A DNA stretch of 64,000 nucleotides, from assembly GCA_001002325.1 (NCBI GenBank), contig LCNZ01000002.1:7093-71092 (forward strand). The letters are read 5' to 3'. Position 1 is the stretch's first letter. The number at the start of each line of letters is the position of its first letter. Source of the stretch: Candidatus Amesbacteria bacterium GW2011_GWB1_47_19 (GTDB lineage: Bacteria > Patescibacteriota > Microgenomatia > CAZETR01 > Amesbacteraceae). A program made the translations under genes and the position numbers. The notes beneath the pieces were generated by a model. It did not search any database, was not told the DNA's origin, and saw nothing but the letters and a program-made list of their open reading frames with translations. Shown piece after piece: positions 35,924 through 45,335 of this stretch.

Positions 35924-36443
35924 AATGAAAAACTTTATTATCGATGTCGACGGAGTGTTGACTGACGGCCAGTTCCATTACTCAGCAGAAGGAAAAATAA
36001 TGAAAGTATTTGGTCCAGACGACGCCGACGCTTTAGCCCTACTTAAAGAAAAAATGTATATCCATATGATATCCGGCGATAAAAGAGGCTTTCCCATAAC
36101 CAAAAAAAGGGTAGCCGAAGACATGAAATTCCCACTGAATCTGGTAAGTACCTTTGAGAGGATAGAATGGATAAAAAATAAATTTAATCCCAGCGAGACC
36201 ATCTATATTGGAGACGGTATTTACGACGCCTTAGTTTTTAAAGAGGTAGGCTACTCAATAGCTGTTGCCAACGCTTGTGACATTGCCAAAAAATATGCTG
36301 ACTTCGTTACGGTTAGAAAAGGCGCGGAAGGGGCGGTAGCTGAAGCGGCCTTACATATTATGGACAAGTTCTTTGAACCGATAGATTTAAATAATTTGAA
36401 ACCAAAACACGGTTCAGGCGTCTGGAAATCTGGCAAACAGTAA
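35916..36443 (+). CDS. KdsC-like HAD phosphatase
   Basis: IIDVDGVLTDG, MKVF...D, ISG, YIGDGIYD, GAEGAVAE motifs. Confidence 0.85.
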   Translation: MNKMKNFIIDVDGVLTDGQFHYSAEGKIMKVFGPDDADALALLKEKMYIHMISGDKRGFPITKKRVAEDMKFPLNLVSTFERIEWIKNKFNPSETIYIGDGIYDALVFKEVGYSIAVANACDIAKKYADFVTVRKGAEGAVAEAALHIMDKFFEPIDLNNLKPKHGSGVWKSGKQ

Positions 36444-36459
36444 ATCACGGGAAACGGTT

Positions 36460-37320
36460 ATGTCTAAATTACTTACAAAACTTTGGCAGATCTTTGAACA
36501 GGTAGTGTTTCATTATTCTTACCCCAGATACAATTACCCCTTATATTTCGTAGCCAAGCGCTATTGTAAATTCTACGAAAACAACGAAAATGGGAACCTC
36601 TCTACTAACGGCGAATTATTCTTTATTACCAGTATACTAAAACAAATTGACCCAGAGGTTTTATTTGATATCGGTGCCAATAAAGGAGAGTATTCGCAAT
36701 TAATATTAGATCAATTCCCTGATTGTATTATTCACTGTTTCGAACCCGATAGCAGGGTATTTTCCATACTTAAGACCAAATATAAAAATATTAACAATAT
36801 TAAGTTAAATCACTTGGCAGTATCCGATCACAACGGTAAAGCAAAATTCTATCTAAACAAGGACCCTGGACTGAATTCTTTATTTGACATGAATAATATC
36901 GGTTATCATTATGACAATATGCTTTCAACGGTAAGTCTTGAAACTATAGATAATTACTGTAAAACTCATTATATTAAAACTATCGATTTTGTAAAAATCG
37001 ATGTTGAAGGAGCTGAGCTGTCGGTTTTAATGGGAGGACCAAGAATGTTATCGGGTAATAGAATAAAAATGATTCAGTTTGAATACGGACATGCAGCCAT
37101 ATCTTCCAAGACCTTCTTAAAAGATATATATGATTTACTGTTAGGTTACAACTATACTATTTATAAAATTATGCCCCTGGGTTTGCTTCATCAGCCTTAT
37201 TCACCCTATAATGAGCACATCGCTTTTGCCAATTACCTGGCTGTAAATTCGAAAGTCAAAATCAATTCTGAATATTTAATAAATCGACCAGATATTTATC
37301 GTCAAGTTCCCATAATATGA
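36460..37320 (+). CDS. FkbM family methyltransferase
   Basis: FDIGANKGEYS, FEP, FVKIDVEGAELSVLMG, IQFEY motifs. Confidence 0.9.
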   Translation: MSKLLTKLWQIFEQVVFHYSYPRYNYPLYFVAKRYCKFYENNENGNLSTNGELFFITSILKQIDPEVLFDIGANKGEYSQLILDQFPDCIIHCFEPDSRVFSILKTKYKNINNIKLNHLAVSDHNGKAKFYLNKDPGLNSLFDMNNIGYHYDNMLSTVSLETIDNYCKTHYIKTIDFVKIDVEGAELSVLMGGPRMLSGNRIKMIQFEYGHAAISSKTFLKDIYDLLLGYNYTIYKIMPLGLLHQPYSPYNEHIAFANYLAVNSKVKINSEYLINRPDIYRQVPII

Positions 37321-38447
37321 TTACCGTTTTCTGCAACGTATATATAAATTCTCTGGAAAAGCTATCACTTTTTAAAGATACATTCAAAAATGTATTTCCT
37401 ATCAGCGATAACTGGCTTATCAATATCCGCGGTAAGTATAAAGACCAAGTAATTAAACAAATAAAAAAGATTCCGGGTAACAATCGCCAATGCACTTTTT
37501 TTCAAAATCTTAACGATGACGATTGGGCAGAAAGCGCTAGAGAAATGATAAAGGATGCAAAATATGACCACATCTATATATATCTGGAAGATCATTTTTT
37601 ACAGCAACCACTTTCACATTTCCGAAATGTAATAAATGATGCTATAAGGATACAAACGGACTTCATCCCCTACTCCTTTTTTGATATTGGAATGAGTACT
37701 AAGAGCGTTGAAATCTATAATCCGACAACCAGCCGGTATTTCGAAACATTTATATTGACACCCGAACTATTACCCCTGATACGCTCCTTCAACCCAAATT
37801 TCTATCCAATCTCTCTGGTAGGAATATATTCCAAGACATTATTAATTAAAGTCCTGAAAGCTGAAGATAAGAAAAAGTTGTTAGTTCATCCTTATATACA
37901 ATTATTCATGCAAAATGTTTTATTCACATATCCACGAAACCGTCGTTTAATTTTCTTTTTGAACAAAGTATTACAGATTTATAGGCTAGTGCTAAATACC
38001 CCAAAAAGCCCAATGAATATCGAAAGATCAATTCATGATATCGAGTTAAGTTTACTGCCAATAAAAATAAGTATTTTAAAGCAGGAATTGTTTGCAAACT
38101 GGGATGATGATAACGGTAGTTTAAACCTCAGTTTAATTAAGAGAGGTCTGTATCCAAAAAAACTTTTATGTACAGATAAGAACAACAACAACTCCGGTGC
38201 TAAATTATCCCGAGTTTTGAATTTGTCTAAAGGTGGTTGTTACTCCGCTCAGTACCATCCTGAAATAGGTCGAATAGTAAATATTCCTAAAAAGGAGATA
38301 TCAGTTATTCAAGGAAGTCTGATTATAGAGGGGATGGGAGAAAGGTATATTGCGAATTCTGGTAAAAAGATGAATATTTACGCAAATATACCGCATAAAA
38401 TAACAGCTCGAAAAATTACGAAATATCGGTCTTCAATCTACTTCTGA
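37317..38447 (+). CDS. Hypothetical protein; possible GT-A-like domain plus C-terminal cupin
   Basis: IYIYLEDHFL motif; C-terminal EISVIQGSLIIE...IYANIPHKITA resembles a cupin barrel. Confidence 0.55.
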   Translation: MITVFCNVYINSLEKLSLFKDTFKNVFPISDNWLINIRGKYKDQVIKQIKKIPGNNRQCTFFQNLNDDDWAESAREMIKDAKYDHIYIYLEDHFLQQPLSHFRNVINDAIRIQTDFIPYSFFDIGMSTKSVEIYNPTTSRYFETFILTPELLPLIRSFNPNFYPISLVGIYSKTLLIKVLKAEDKKKLLVHPYIQLFMQNVLFTYPRNRRLIFFLNKVLQIYRLVLNTPKSPMNIERSIHDIELSLLPIKISILKQELFANWDDDNGSLNLSLIKRGLYPKKLLCTDKNNNNSGAKLSRVLNLSKGGCYSAQYHPEIGRIVNIPKKEISVIQGSLIIEGMGERYIANSGKKMNIYANIPHKITARKITKYRSSIYF

Positions 38448-38450
38448 TAT

Positions 38451-39254
38451 ATGACAGCTCCGTTGGTCTCGGTAGTCTTGGCATCATATAATAACGCCGG
38501 ATTAATTTCGGAATCCATTCGAAGTATACTCAATCAAACTTACTCCAACTTCGAGGTAATAATTGCTGATGACGGATCTGATGACGATAGTCAAAGTATT
38601 ATTAATAAGTTTGCTTCCGCATATCCCAGAATTAAAACCATTTTAAGCAAACAAAACGAAGGTATTTCAAATAATCGGAATAAGGCAATCAGAAAAGCTA
38701 CAGGTACATACATAGCAATTGTTGACTCAGATGACATCTGTTTACCAACTAGGTTATCAGAACAAGTCAAATATTTGGAGAATCACGCGAACGTGGGAGT
38801 CTTGGGTACCAAATGGTACGTTTTTACAGATAATCCGGATAACTTTGTTAAAGGTAATTTAAGCATTAATGATATTAACGCTGGAAAAGTACCTGTTCAT
38901 AATCCCACAACTATGATTAGAAAACAGATTTTTGATAATTATGGACTATTCGATTCCCGCATCCGCTACTGTGAGGACGTTGAATTGTACTACCGCTGGT
39001 ATAGTCAGGGTGTAGTTTTCAGAAATTTGAATAGATATTTAACAAAGTACAGGGTAGCTCATGGAAACAATACAGGTGAAAACATCAATGCTCTTTTGTA
39101 TTGGCAACTTTTCAAATTAAATATGATGGCGATTACAAAATATAAAATAAGATTTTCTTTATCTGGATATTTATTTACTCTAAAATTATTTTTATATTGC
39201 CTGTATCGTTCCTTACGATTAAATCATATATATTCTGTGACTAGAGATATATGA
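38451..39254 (+). CDS. GT2 glycosyltransferase
   Basis: VSVVLASYN, DDGSDD, VDSDD, EDVEL motifs. Confidence 0.9.
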   Translation: MTAPLVSVVLASYNNAGLISESIRSILNQTYSNFEVIIADDGSDDDSQSIINKFASAYPRIKTILSKQNEGISNNRNKAIRKATGTYIAIVDSDDICLPTRLSEQVKYLENHANVGVLGTKWYVFTDNPDNFVKGNLSINDINAGKVPVHNPTTMIRKQIFDNYGLFDSRIRYCEDVELYYRWYSQGVVFRNLNRYLTKYRVAHGNNTGENINALLYWQLFKLNMMAITKYKIRFSLSGYLFTLKLFLYCLYRSLRLNHIYSVTRDI

Positions 39255-40345
39255 TTACGAAAACAATCTGCTTAGTCAATTTAAACGCTTACTGTTTGTT
39301 TAATCAGAAAAGCGAAGCCCCTATGGGAGGTGCAGAACTGGACATGTATACCTTGGCTCAGGGTCTTAAAAAAAAATATAACGTTACATTTATCACAGGC
39401 GATTGGGGTCAGAACCCTGAAGAAACCGTCCATGAAATCAGACTTATCAGATCAGTCAACTTAAAAGGTAACTATTTGTCAGGCTTACTGAAATTTATTA
39501 TCGCCCTTATCAAAGCAGATTCAGAGATATATATTTCTTCAGGAGCAGGACCGGAGGCAGGTCTGATTTGTTTATATAGTAGATTGTTCGGAAGAAAATA
39601 TATTTATCGGTCTGTCTCATCATTTGATTGTGATAACAGCTATATTAAAGGACACAGGCTATTGGGGTTAATATATTTATTTGCGGTAAACAATTGTAAT
39701 AAATTTGTAACCACCGTTAAAAATCAAAAAAAGCTATTATCTATAAGTCACCCGGGGGTCATACCCCGTGTTACCCATATTAATCAGGGACTAAAGATTT
39801 TCAAACGTAAAAATAATAAAAAGGCCGGTGTACTATGGGTTTCTCGCTGTGTCCCGTCTAAACATCCGGAATTGTTTATTGATTTAGCTAAGAGATATAA
39901 GAATTTAAAGTTTACCATGATTTGCCCCAAACAAGGAGGATTAGACAGCTTTTACGAAGACGTTAAATCACAGGCCATGCTGGTACCTAATTTAAAATTT
40001 ATCAATTACGTACCTTTTAAACAAATTCAGAAGTTCTATGACCGGTCATATATTTTTATTAATACATCCGACTTTGAAGGTTTTACATATACATTAATCC
40101 AATGCGGACAGGCTGGAACCCCGGTAGTTTATTATAGGGTAAACCCGGATGGAGTAATTACTAAACACGATTTAGGATATTTCTCTAACGGGAATTATCG
40201 ATTAATGTGCAGCCAAATCAGCACTCTATCCCGTAAAAATACTTTATGGAGGAATAAATCAGAAGCGATATCGAAGTATTTCCTTAAATTTCATGATATA
40301 GACAGCTTGATACCGAAGTGGACGAAAATATTTAACTCTCTGTAA
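39251..40345 (+). CDS. GT4 glycosyltransferase
   Basis: GGAE, K.PELF, NTSDFEGFTYTLIQ motifs. Confidence 0.8.
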   Translation: MITKTICLVNLNAYCLFNQKSEAPMGGAELDMYTLAQGLKKKYNVTFITGDWGQNPEETVHEIRLIRSVNLKGNYLSGLLKFIIALIKADSEIYISSGAGPEAGLICLYSRLFGRKYIYRSVSSFDCDNSYIKGHRLLGLIYLFAVNNCNKFVTTVKNQKKLLSISHPGVIPRVTHINQGLKIFKRKNNKKAGVLWVSRCVPSKHPELFIDLAKRYKNLKFTMICPKQGGLDSFYEDVKSQAMLVPNLKFINYVPFKQIQKFYDRSYIFINTSDFEGFTYTLIQCGQAGTPVVYYRVNPDGVITKHDLGYFSNGNYRLMCSQISTLSRKNTLWRNKSEAISKYFLKFHDIDSLIPKWTKIFNSL

Positions 40346-40352
40346 AATTAAT

Positions 40353-41195
40353 ATGAGTCTGGATTTACATACATATGAGCTTACCTACTCAACCGGAAAT
40401 CACTTTAGTTTTGGAAAAAATTGGCAGAATTTCCTTAACTCTATTGATAACCTGCGAATTAATAAGTCTAAGATATCCCTATCTGAGTTTCTTGGAGGTG
40501 AGAAAAATATTAAAGGTAAATCGTTTATTGACTTCGGCAGCGGAAGCGGATTGTTTTCTTTGGCTGCATATCTATTAGGGGCATCAAGAATCGTTAGTGT
40601 AGATATCGATAATGCATCTTTAGAGTGTACTGAAACATTGAGAAGTAATTATGGCAGACCAACAAATTGGTCAATTACTAAGGGTTCGGCTTTGGATAAA
40701 CAGTTTATCAAATCTCTTGGAAAATTTGATATTGTATATTCATGGGGAGTACTTCACCACACCGGGGACATGTATCAAGCGTTAAATAATGTATCAAGCT
40801 TAATCGCACCAAGAGGTATATTTTATGTTTCTATTTATAATAAAACTACCAGTTGGCTTCAGGGTGGTCCTTCCTGGCAGTGGTTACGGATCAAAGCTAT
40901 TTATAATTCTTCAAATTCGGTTATTAAACAATTGATGCTATCGTGTTACACCTTGGTTCAGATTATAGGTTTAATATGTATCGCTCGAATAAACCCTGTT
41001 TCCTATATTTATAATTACAAAAACAACCGGGGTATGAGTTGGAAACACGATCTGATTGACTGGTTGGGTGGCTATCCTTACGAATATGCTACGCCGGACG
41101 AGATCATTAAACATCTGAAAATTTTACACTTATCGTGTATAAAGGTAGTTCCTACAAAAAATACCGGCTGCAATGAATTCTTATTTGTTCGGTGA
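40353..41195 (+). CDS. Class I SAM methyltransferase (UbiG-like)
   Basis: FSFGKNW, DFGSGSGLFS, FDIVYSWGVLHHTG, DWLGGYPYE motifs. Confidence 0.9.
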   Translation: MSLDLHTYELTYSTGNHFSFGKNWQNFLNSIDNLRINKSKISLSEFLGGEKNIKGKSFIDFGSGSGLFSLAAYLLGASRIVSVDIDNASLECTETLRSNYGRPTNWSITKGSALDKQFIKSLGKFDIVYSWGVLHHTGDMYQALNNVSSLIAPRGIFYVSIYNKTTSWLQGGPSWQWLRIKAIYNSSNSVIKQLMLSCYTLVQIIGLICIARINPVSYIYNYKNNRGMSWKHDLIDWLGGYPYEYATPDEIIKHLKILHLSCIKVVPTKNTGCNEFLFVR

Positions 41196-43190
41196 ATCGA
41201 TATATCTGTAAATACTTACATCATTATTGTCAAATACTTTTTCAAAATATGGCGATCTTTCGAACTTATCAAGTTTGGCTGGAATAAAGTTCATTCCATA
41301 CCACCAATCATACCTACTAAAAAAACTTTTCTGTTTAACTTTTGAATAAAGTATGTAAATGTTTACCTGTTTATGATTCTTGCCTTTGAATAAATAATTA
41401 TAATTATTTATTTCTTGATCAAGCGTTTCAAATCTTTTTAAGTAGTTTTTGCACAAGTCATTATAAGCAAGTGCTAATTGTTTAATATTAAAGTTGTTAT
41501 TTTGATCGACCGTTAAAGATACCAATTTATTTCTTTCTTTAATCAGAGACTCATCATAATTTTTATAATTGCTGAATATTTTTATCAATTGTGGATTTAA
41601 TGTATCTTCATTGAAATATTTAACTAGATTTTCGTCTAATAAATCAATTACCCAAAAATTACCGTATTCATTAATAGCAGGAAAGTTGCCGAATTGGGTA
41701 ACAACAAGACTTACCCCCTGTTGGTTATTAATATATTTTATAGCTTCAATTTCCTTGTGATTAATAGTATAAAAAGTGGGAAGGAAATTTACATATATGG
41801 TTGCTGCAATGGATCCAATCCATAAAAATATACCTACCTTTAACAGTTTTGGATATTTTTGTATGTTTCCAATGACAACCGGGGTCAAGAGTATCAAACC
41901 GATCGATAAAAGAGGAAATGCGCGAGATGGTAAAAAAAGAAATCCTAAACGGGGTAGTATCTCTAAAATCAATATATATATAAAACAAAAAGATAAGACT
42001 AAGATAATGTAATAATCAATCAATATCTTTTTTAGGATATAAAAATATACGAATAAAATGGATAAATATGGGAGTAGAAAAGCGATATTCGCGGCATAAG
42101 TCACAACCCCGAAATAATTCCTGAAAGGATTGAATCCTGCATAACTTTTTCGAAAGAATCCAAACAGGAAATTAATATGTATCCAAAAATTTGTATCTAA
42201 GTAAGGAATTATGGCTACAGTAGATAAAAGTGTCATTACCAGAAAAATCTTCTTATTACTTCTTGAAAGCAATCTGTACTTTATAATTAATCCCAAAACC
42301 AATAGCGGTAAGAACACCAGAATTGTATAGTGCAATTTCCAGCCGGTGGCGATTGTAATCAACAGAACAATTAACCATTCATACCAGTACTTGGTCTTAA
42401 TTAGCTTATAGAGTAAAAATATTACAAATGGCGATAAGACATAAATAAAAGTTTGTGGTCTGACAAAGCTCATTTCCATTATCAGCATGGGGACAGAGAA
42501 TAATGTTAATAAAGACAATTGAGACCTTGCATCGTCGGAGTAAGTATTAATGACATTATAAAAGCCGATTATTAGACCGATTCCGAATATCCAAACCATT
42601 CCAAAACGAAACAAGAATGTTAAATCAATTCCGGTTAAAAGATTTAGAAAAATAATTTGTGATTGCATCATAGGCTGATAACCTTCAGCTACCAGTGGAA
42701 ACAAGTTTGCTCTCCATTCAGGGTATTTAGAAGAATTTAGAGCCTCTTTAACAGCACTGAAGAAATATGAAGCATCAGGAGAAATAATATTACCCTGTCT
42801 ATTTATTATAAAAAAAATAAGTAAACAGTATACAAATACAGAGGATATTAAAAGGAAAGTCTTATGATTAAATACCCATAAATAATTAACCTCGTTTTGT
42901 CGGTAAAAGACTTTGCTCATTACGGCGTCAACTATTGCCAGGATTATAATCACTACGGTATACAACAACAAAGCGGTTAAACTATTCAGAGGAAATAATA
43001 GGGGATTTATCTTATGAATAAAAAAACCTATCAATGGAACTGTTATCATTGACAAAATAACTGCAATCCACCCATGCTCAACTGCGTTTAATCGGTTTCT
43101 ACGGAATATTATTCTGACTAGGTATATACCCGGCAACCAAAAAAATACAAACGATCCTATAATGATTCTTAATATCGATATTGGAAACAT
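41181..43190 (-). CDS. Large polytopic membrane protein, probable GT-C/oligosaccharyltransferase-like
   Basis: 669 aa with many TM segments. LPG, SPDASYF, RPQT, LH, PSRAF motifs; soluble C-terminus ending FEKVFDNNDVSIY. Confidence 0.6.
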   Translation of the reverse strand: MFPISILRIIIGSFVFFWLPGIYLVRIIFRRNRLNAVEHGWIAVILSMITVPLIGFFIHKINPLLFPLNSLTALLLYTVVIIILAIVDAVMSKVFYRQNEVNYLWVFNHKTFLLISSVFVYCLLIFFIINRQGNIISPDASYFFSAVKEALNSSKYPEWRANLFPLVAEGYQPMMQSQIIFLNLLTGIDLTFLFRFGMVWIFGIGLIIGFYNVINTYSDDARSQLSLLTLFSVPMLIMEMSFVRPQTFIYVLSPFVIFLLYKLIKTKYWYEWLIVLLITIATGWKLHYTILVFLPLLVLGLIIKYRLLSRSNKKIFLVMTLLSTVAIIPYLDTNFWIHINFLFGFFRKSYAGFNPFRNYFGVVTYAANIAFLLPYLSILFVYFYILKKILIDYYIILVLSFCFIYILILEILPRLGFLFLPSRAFPLLSIGLILLTPVVIGNIQKYPKLLKVGIFLWIGSIAATIYVNFLPTFYTINHKEIEAIKYINNQQGVSLVVTQFGNFPAINEYGNFWVIDLLDENLVKYFNEDTLNPQLIKIFSNYKNYDESLIKERNKLVSLTVDQNNNFNIKQLALAYNDLCKNYLKRFETLDQEINNYNYLFKGKNHKQVNIYILYSKVKQKSFFSRYDWWYGMNFIPAKLDKFERSPYFEKVFDNNDVSIYRYIDSPNK

Positions 43191-44284
43191 CAGATACAGG
43201 ATAATAAATAGAAGGTTAATTTATTACTCAAAAGATGAATATTATATTTGGAACTCATCAGAGCTTTTCCCATGGACCCCGCTTTCTTGGCTATATCGAT
43301 GTTAGAGATCAGATAAAGTAACTGTTGTTTTAAGATCAAAGCGTCCTGAGATCGAACTAAATATCCGTTATAGTTGTTAACTATAAGTTCCCGGTTTTCA
43401 GGAATATCTGTAGTAATTACCGGTATACTGCTGGCCATTGCTTCCATAATAGCATTGCTCATACCTTCGAAGAGTGTAGGTAAGACAAATATATCCGATG
43501 CGGATAATATGCTCGAAACGTCAATCCGGTCTCCCATGAATAATACTCTTGAACGGGAAGGATAATTCGCAATCTGTTTTTCTAAGGTGGTATGCATTTC
43601 CCCATCACCCACTAGAAACAGCCATACACCGGGGTGTTTTTTATATACTTCATCAAATGCCTGCAATAAATATTTATGTCCTTTATTTGGTAACAAGTTT
43701 GCAACACAAACTATAACTTTATCTGTATTTGTTATATGAAAGTGATTCCGATATCTGCTGCGAATGATATTTGACTTTCGATATTTTTTAAGATCTATCC
43801 CGTTGGGAATAACGGTAATCTTATCGGCTTTTACTCCCAATTTGGTGACATAAAATTTTTTAACGGACTCTGAATTAGCTAAATAGTTCTTTACAAAAAA
43901 AGAAGTTAATCTTTCGAATATCCTTATAGGTAGATATCTTGGATAATTATATGTGGTTCGTAAAAAAGGTATTATTCTGCAATTAGTCAAATTGCCAAGC
44001 AGTATTCTTCCCCAAAAATCCGCATGGAATAAGTAGGTAATCACCAAACTCGGATGAATTTTATTTACCGTCGGTAATAAATCAAAAATTGAATTAAGAT
44101 TAGTGACTTTAATCCCTTCAATTCGAAAACTGGAGGCTAATATACCCTCTGACTTGAGCGTAATTATTTCATGATCAAATAGATTTACAAGAGGTAAGGT
44201 GCGTAATAGCATATTTTCACAGCCTCCGTTGCTTAGTGATTGAATAAGGTGCAGTACTCGGGGTTTGTTATCCATGTGTACCAA
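43190..44284 (-). CDS. GT4 glycosyltransferase
   Basis: GGCE, VIPNGID, KGH, EGMSNAIMEAMA motifs. The start may be 44275. Confidence 0.9.
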   Translation of the reverse strand: MVHMDNKPRVLHLIQSLSNGGCENMLLRTLPLVNLFDHEIITLKSEGILASSFRIEGIKVTNLNSIFDLLPTVNKIHPSLVITYLFHADFWGRILLGNLTNCRIIPFLRTTYNYPRYLPIRIFERLTSFFVKNYLANSESVKKFYVTKLGVKADKITVIPNGIDLKKYRKSNIIRSRYRNHFHITNTDKVIVCVANLLPNKGHKYLLQAFDEVYKKHPGVWLFLVGDGEMHTTLEKQIANYPSRSRVLFMGDRIDVSSILSASDIFVLPTLFEGMSNAIMEAMASSIPVITTDIPENRELIVNNYNGYLVRSQDALILKQQLLYLISNIDIAKKAGSMGKALMSSKYNIHLLSNKLTFYLLSCI

Positions 44285-45335
44285 TGCAAGTTATACCGGC
44301 TTCTGGATGCTCATATGCTTTTATTTTTTTTAACCCGACCCTTTTATACCACCCGATTACCTCCTCCACTAAAAAATAATTGCATTTCGGTGTGGCAAAA
44401 ACATCGAAAGTATCATTTAACTTCATATTAAAAGGAAAATTTCGATAATATCCGAATGGGGGATTCTTAAAGTGTTCGGTCAATAAATTTATCATGTGCA
44501 CACCAAAGGCGGGGATATAGCAGATATAATACAGCAACTCTTTAGGGAGTCGGCTGGTTATTTTTCTGACGGGTTCATAGAAATACAAAGCCCGATTATT
44601 GTGTCTTCGATTATAGACCCAAACTATTAATTGCCCCTCTTTTTTTAGTAGCTTTGGCAATTTACTGAAACCCATATAAGGATCCGATAAATGATGTATT
44701 ACTCCTATAGAGTGTGCCAAATCAAAAACCCTCCCGAATGGTAAATTATAGATATCGCATTGAACAATGGCTACATTTGTCAAATTACGGGTAAGTTGAT
44801 AAGCGACCTCCACGGTATCTCCCAGATCTACACCAAATACCACCTTAGCCCCGATCAATGCTGGTTGTTTGGTAAATCGTCCAGATCCACAACCTACATC
44901 GATAATTGTTTTATTAGAAATCAATTTCTCATCGACAAATGGACCCGTAAAATGTAAGTAATTTTTTTGCTCAAAACTGTTTTCCCGATAGATATTTTTC
45001 CATTCAAAGGTAAAACTTTCTGCTGTCTTTCGTTGGTGAATGGAAAATTTATCTGAATCAGCTACACTCAGTAACACCTGCTTCCATTGTTTCGATACCG
45101 GAGTGGGTAATTTTCGGCGATATGTTTCAAAAAAATTGAAGTATCGTCGAAGCAGATCCGATTTAGCACCATTAACCAAAAGTCTGGGCACCCCGTTGAT
45201 TATTGGATACCACCAAGATGAAAAAAACAGAAGTCCATCTATTATTTCATTGTCGATTTGTTTAAATACCAGCTTTTGGGATATATTTTCACCTGTTAAT
45301 GGATCAACAAGATATTTTAAGAATTTATTTTTCAT
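44268..45335 (-). CDS. Trm112-like domain fused to SAM methyltransferase
   Basis: N-terminal LVDPLTG...IIDG...YPIINGVPRLL; DVGCGSGRF, SIGVIHH motifs. Confidence 0.85.
   Translation of the reverse strand: MKNKFLKYLVDPLTGENISQKLVFKQIDNEIIDGLLFFSSWWYPIINGVPRLLVNGAKSDLLRRYFNFFETYRRKLPTPVSKQWKQVLLSVADSDKFSIHQRKTAESFTFEWKNIYRENSFEQKNYLHFTGPFVDEKLISNKTIIDVGCGSGRFTKQPALIGAKVVFGVDLGDTVEVAYQLTRNLTNVAIVQCDIYNLPFGRVFDLAHSIGVIHHLSDPYMGFSKLPKLLKKEGQLIVWVYNRRHNNRALYFYEPVRKITSRLPKELLYYICYIPAFGVHMINLLTEHFKNPPFGYYRNFPFNMKLNDTFDVFATPKCNYFLVEEVIGWYKRVGLKKIKAYEHPEAGITCIGTHG

Noticed and set aside
35916-36443. Kdo/LPS biosynthesis
   Set aside because: A KdsC-like gene is present without KdsA, KdsB, WaaA or lpx genes in the window.
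39368-39376. A9 tract in a GT4 gene (also the C-run near 24615) as phase-variation switches
   Set aside because: The frames are intact, such runs are expected in AT-rich Lys codons or Gly-rich motifs, and there is no read-level evidence.
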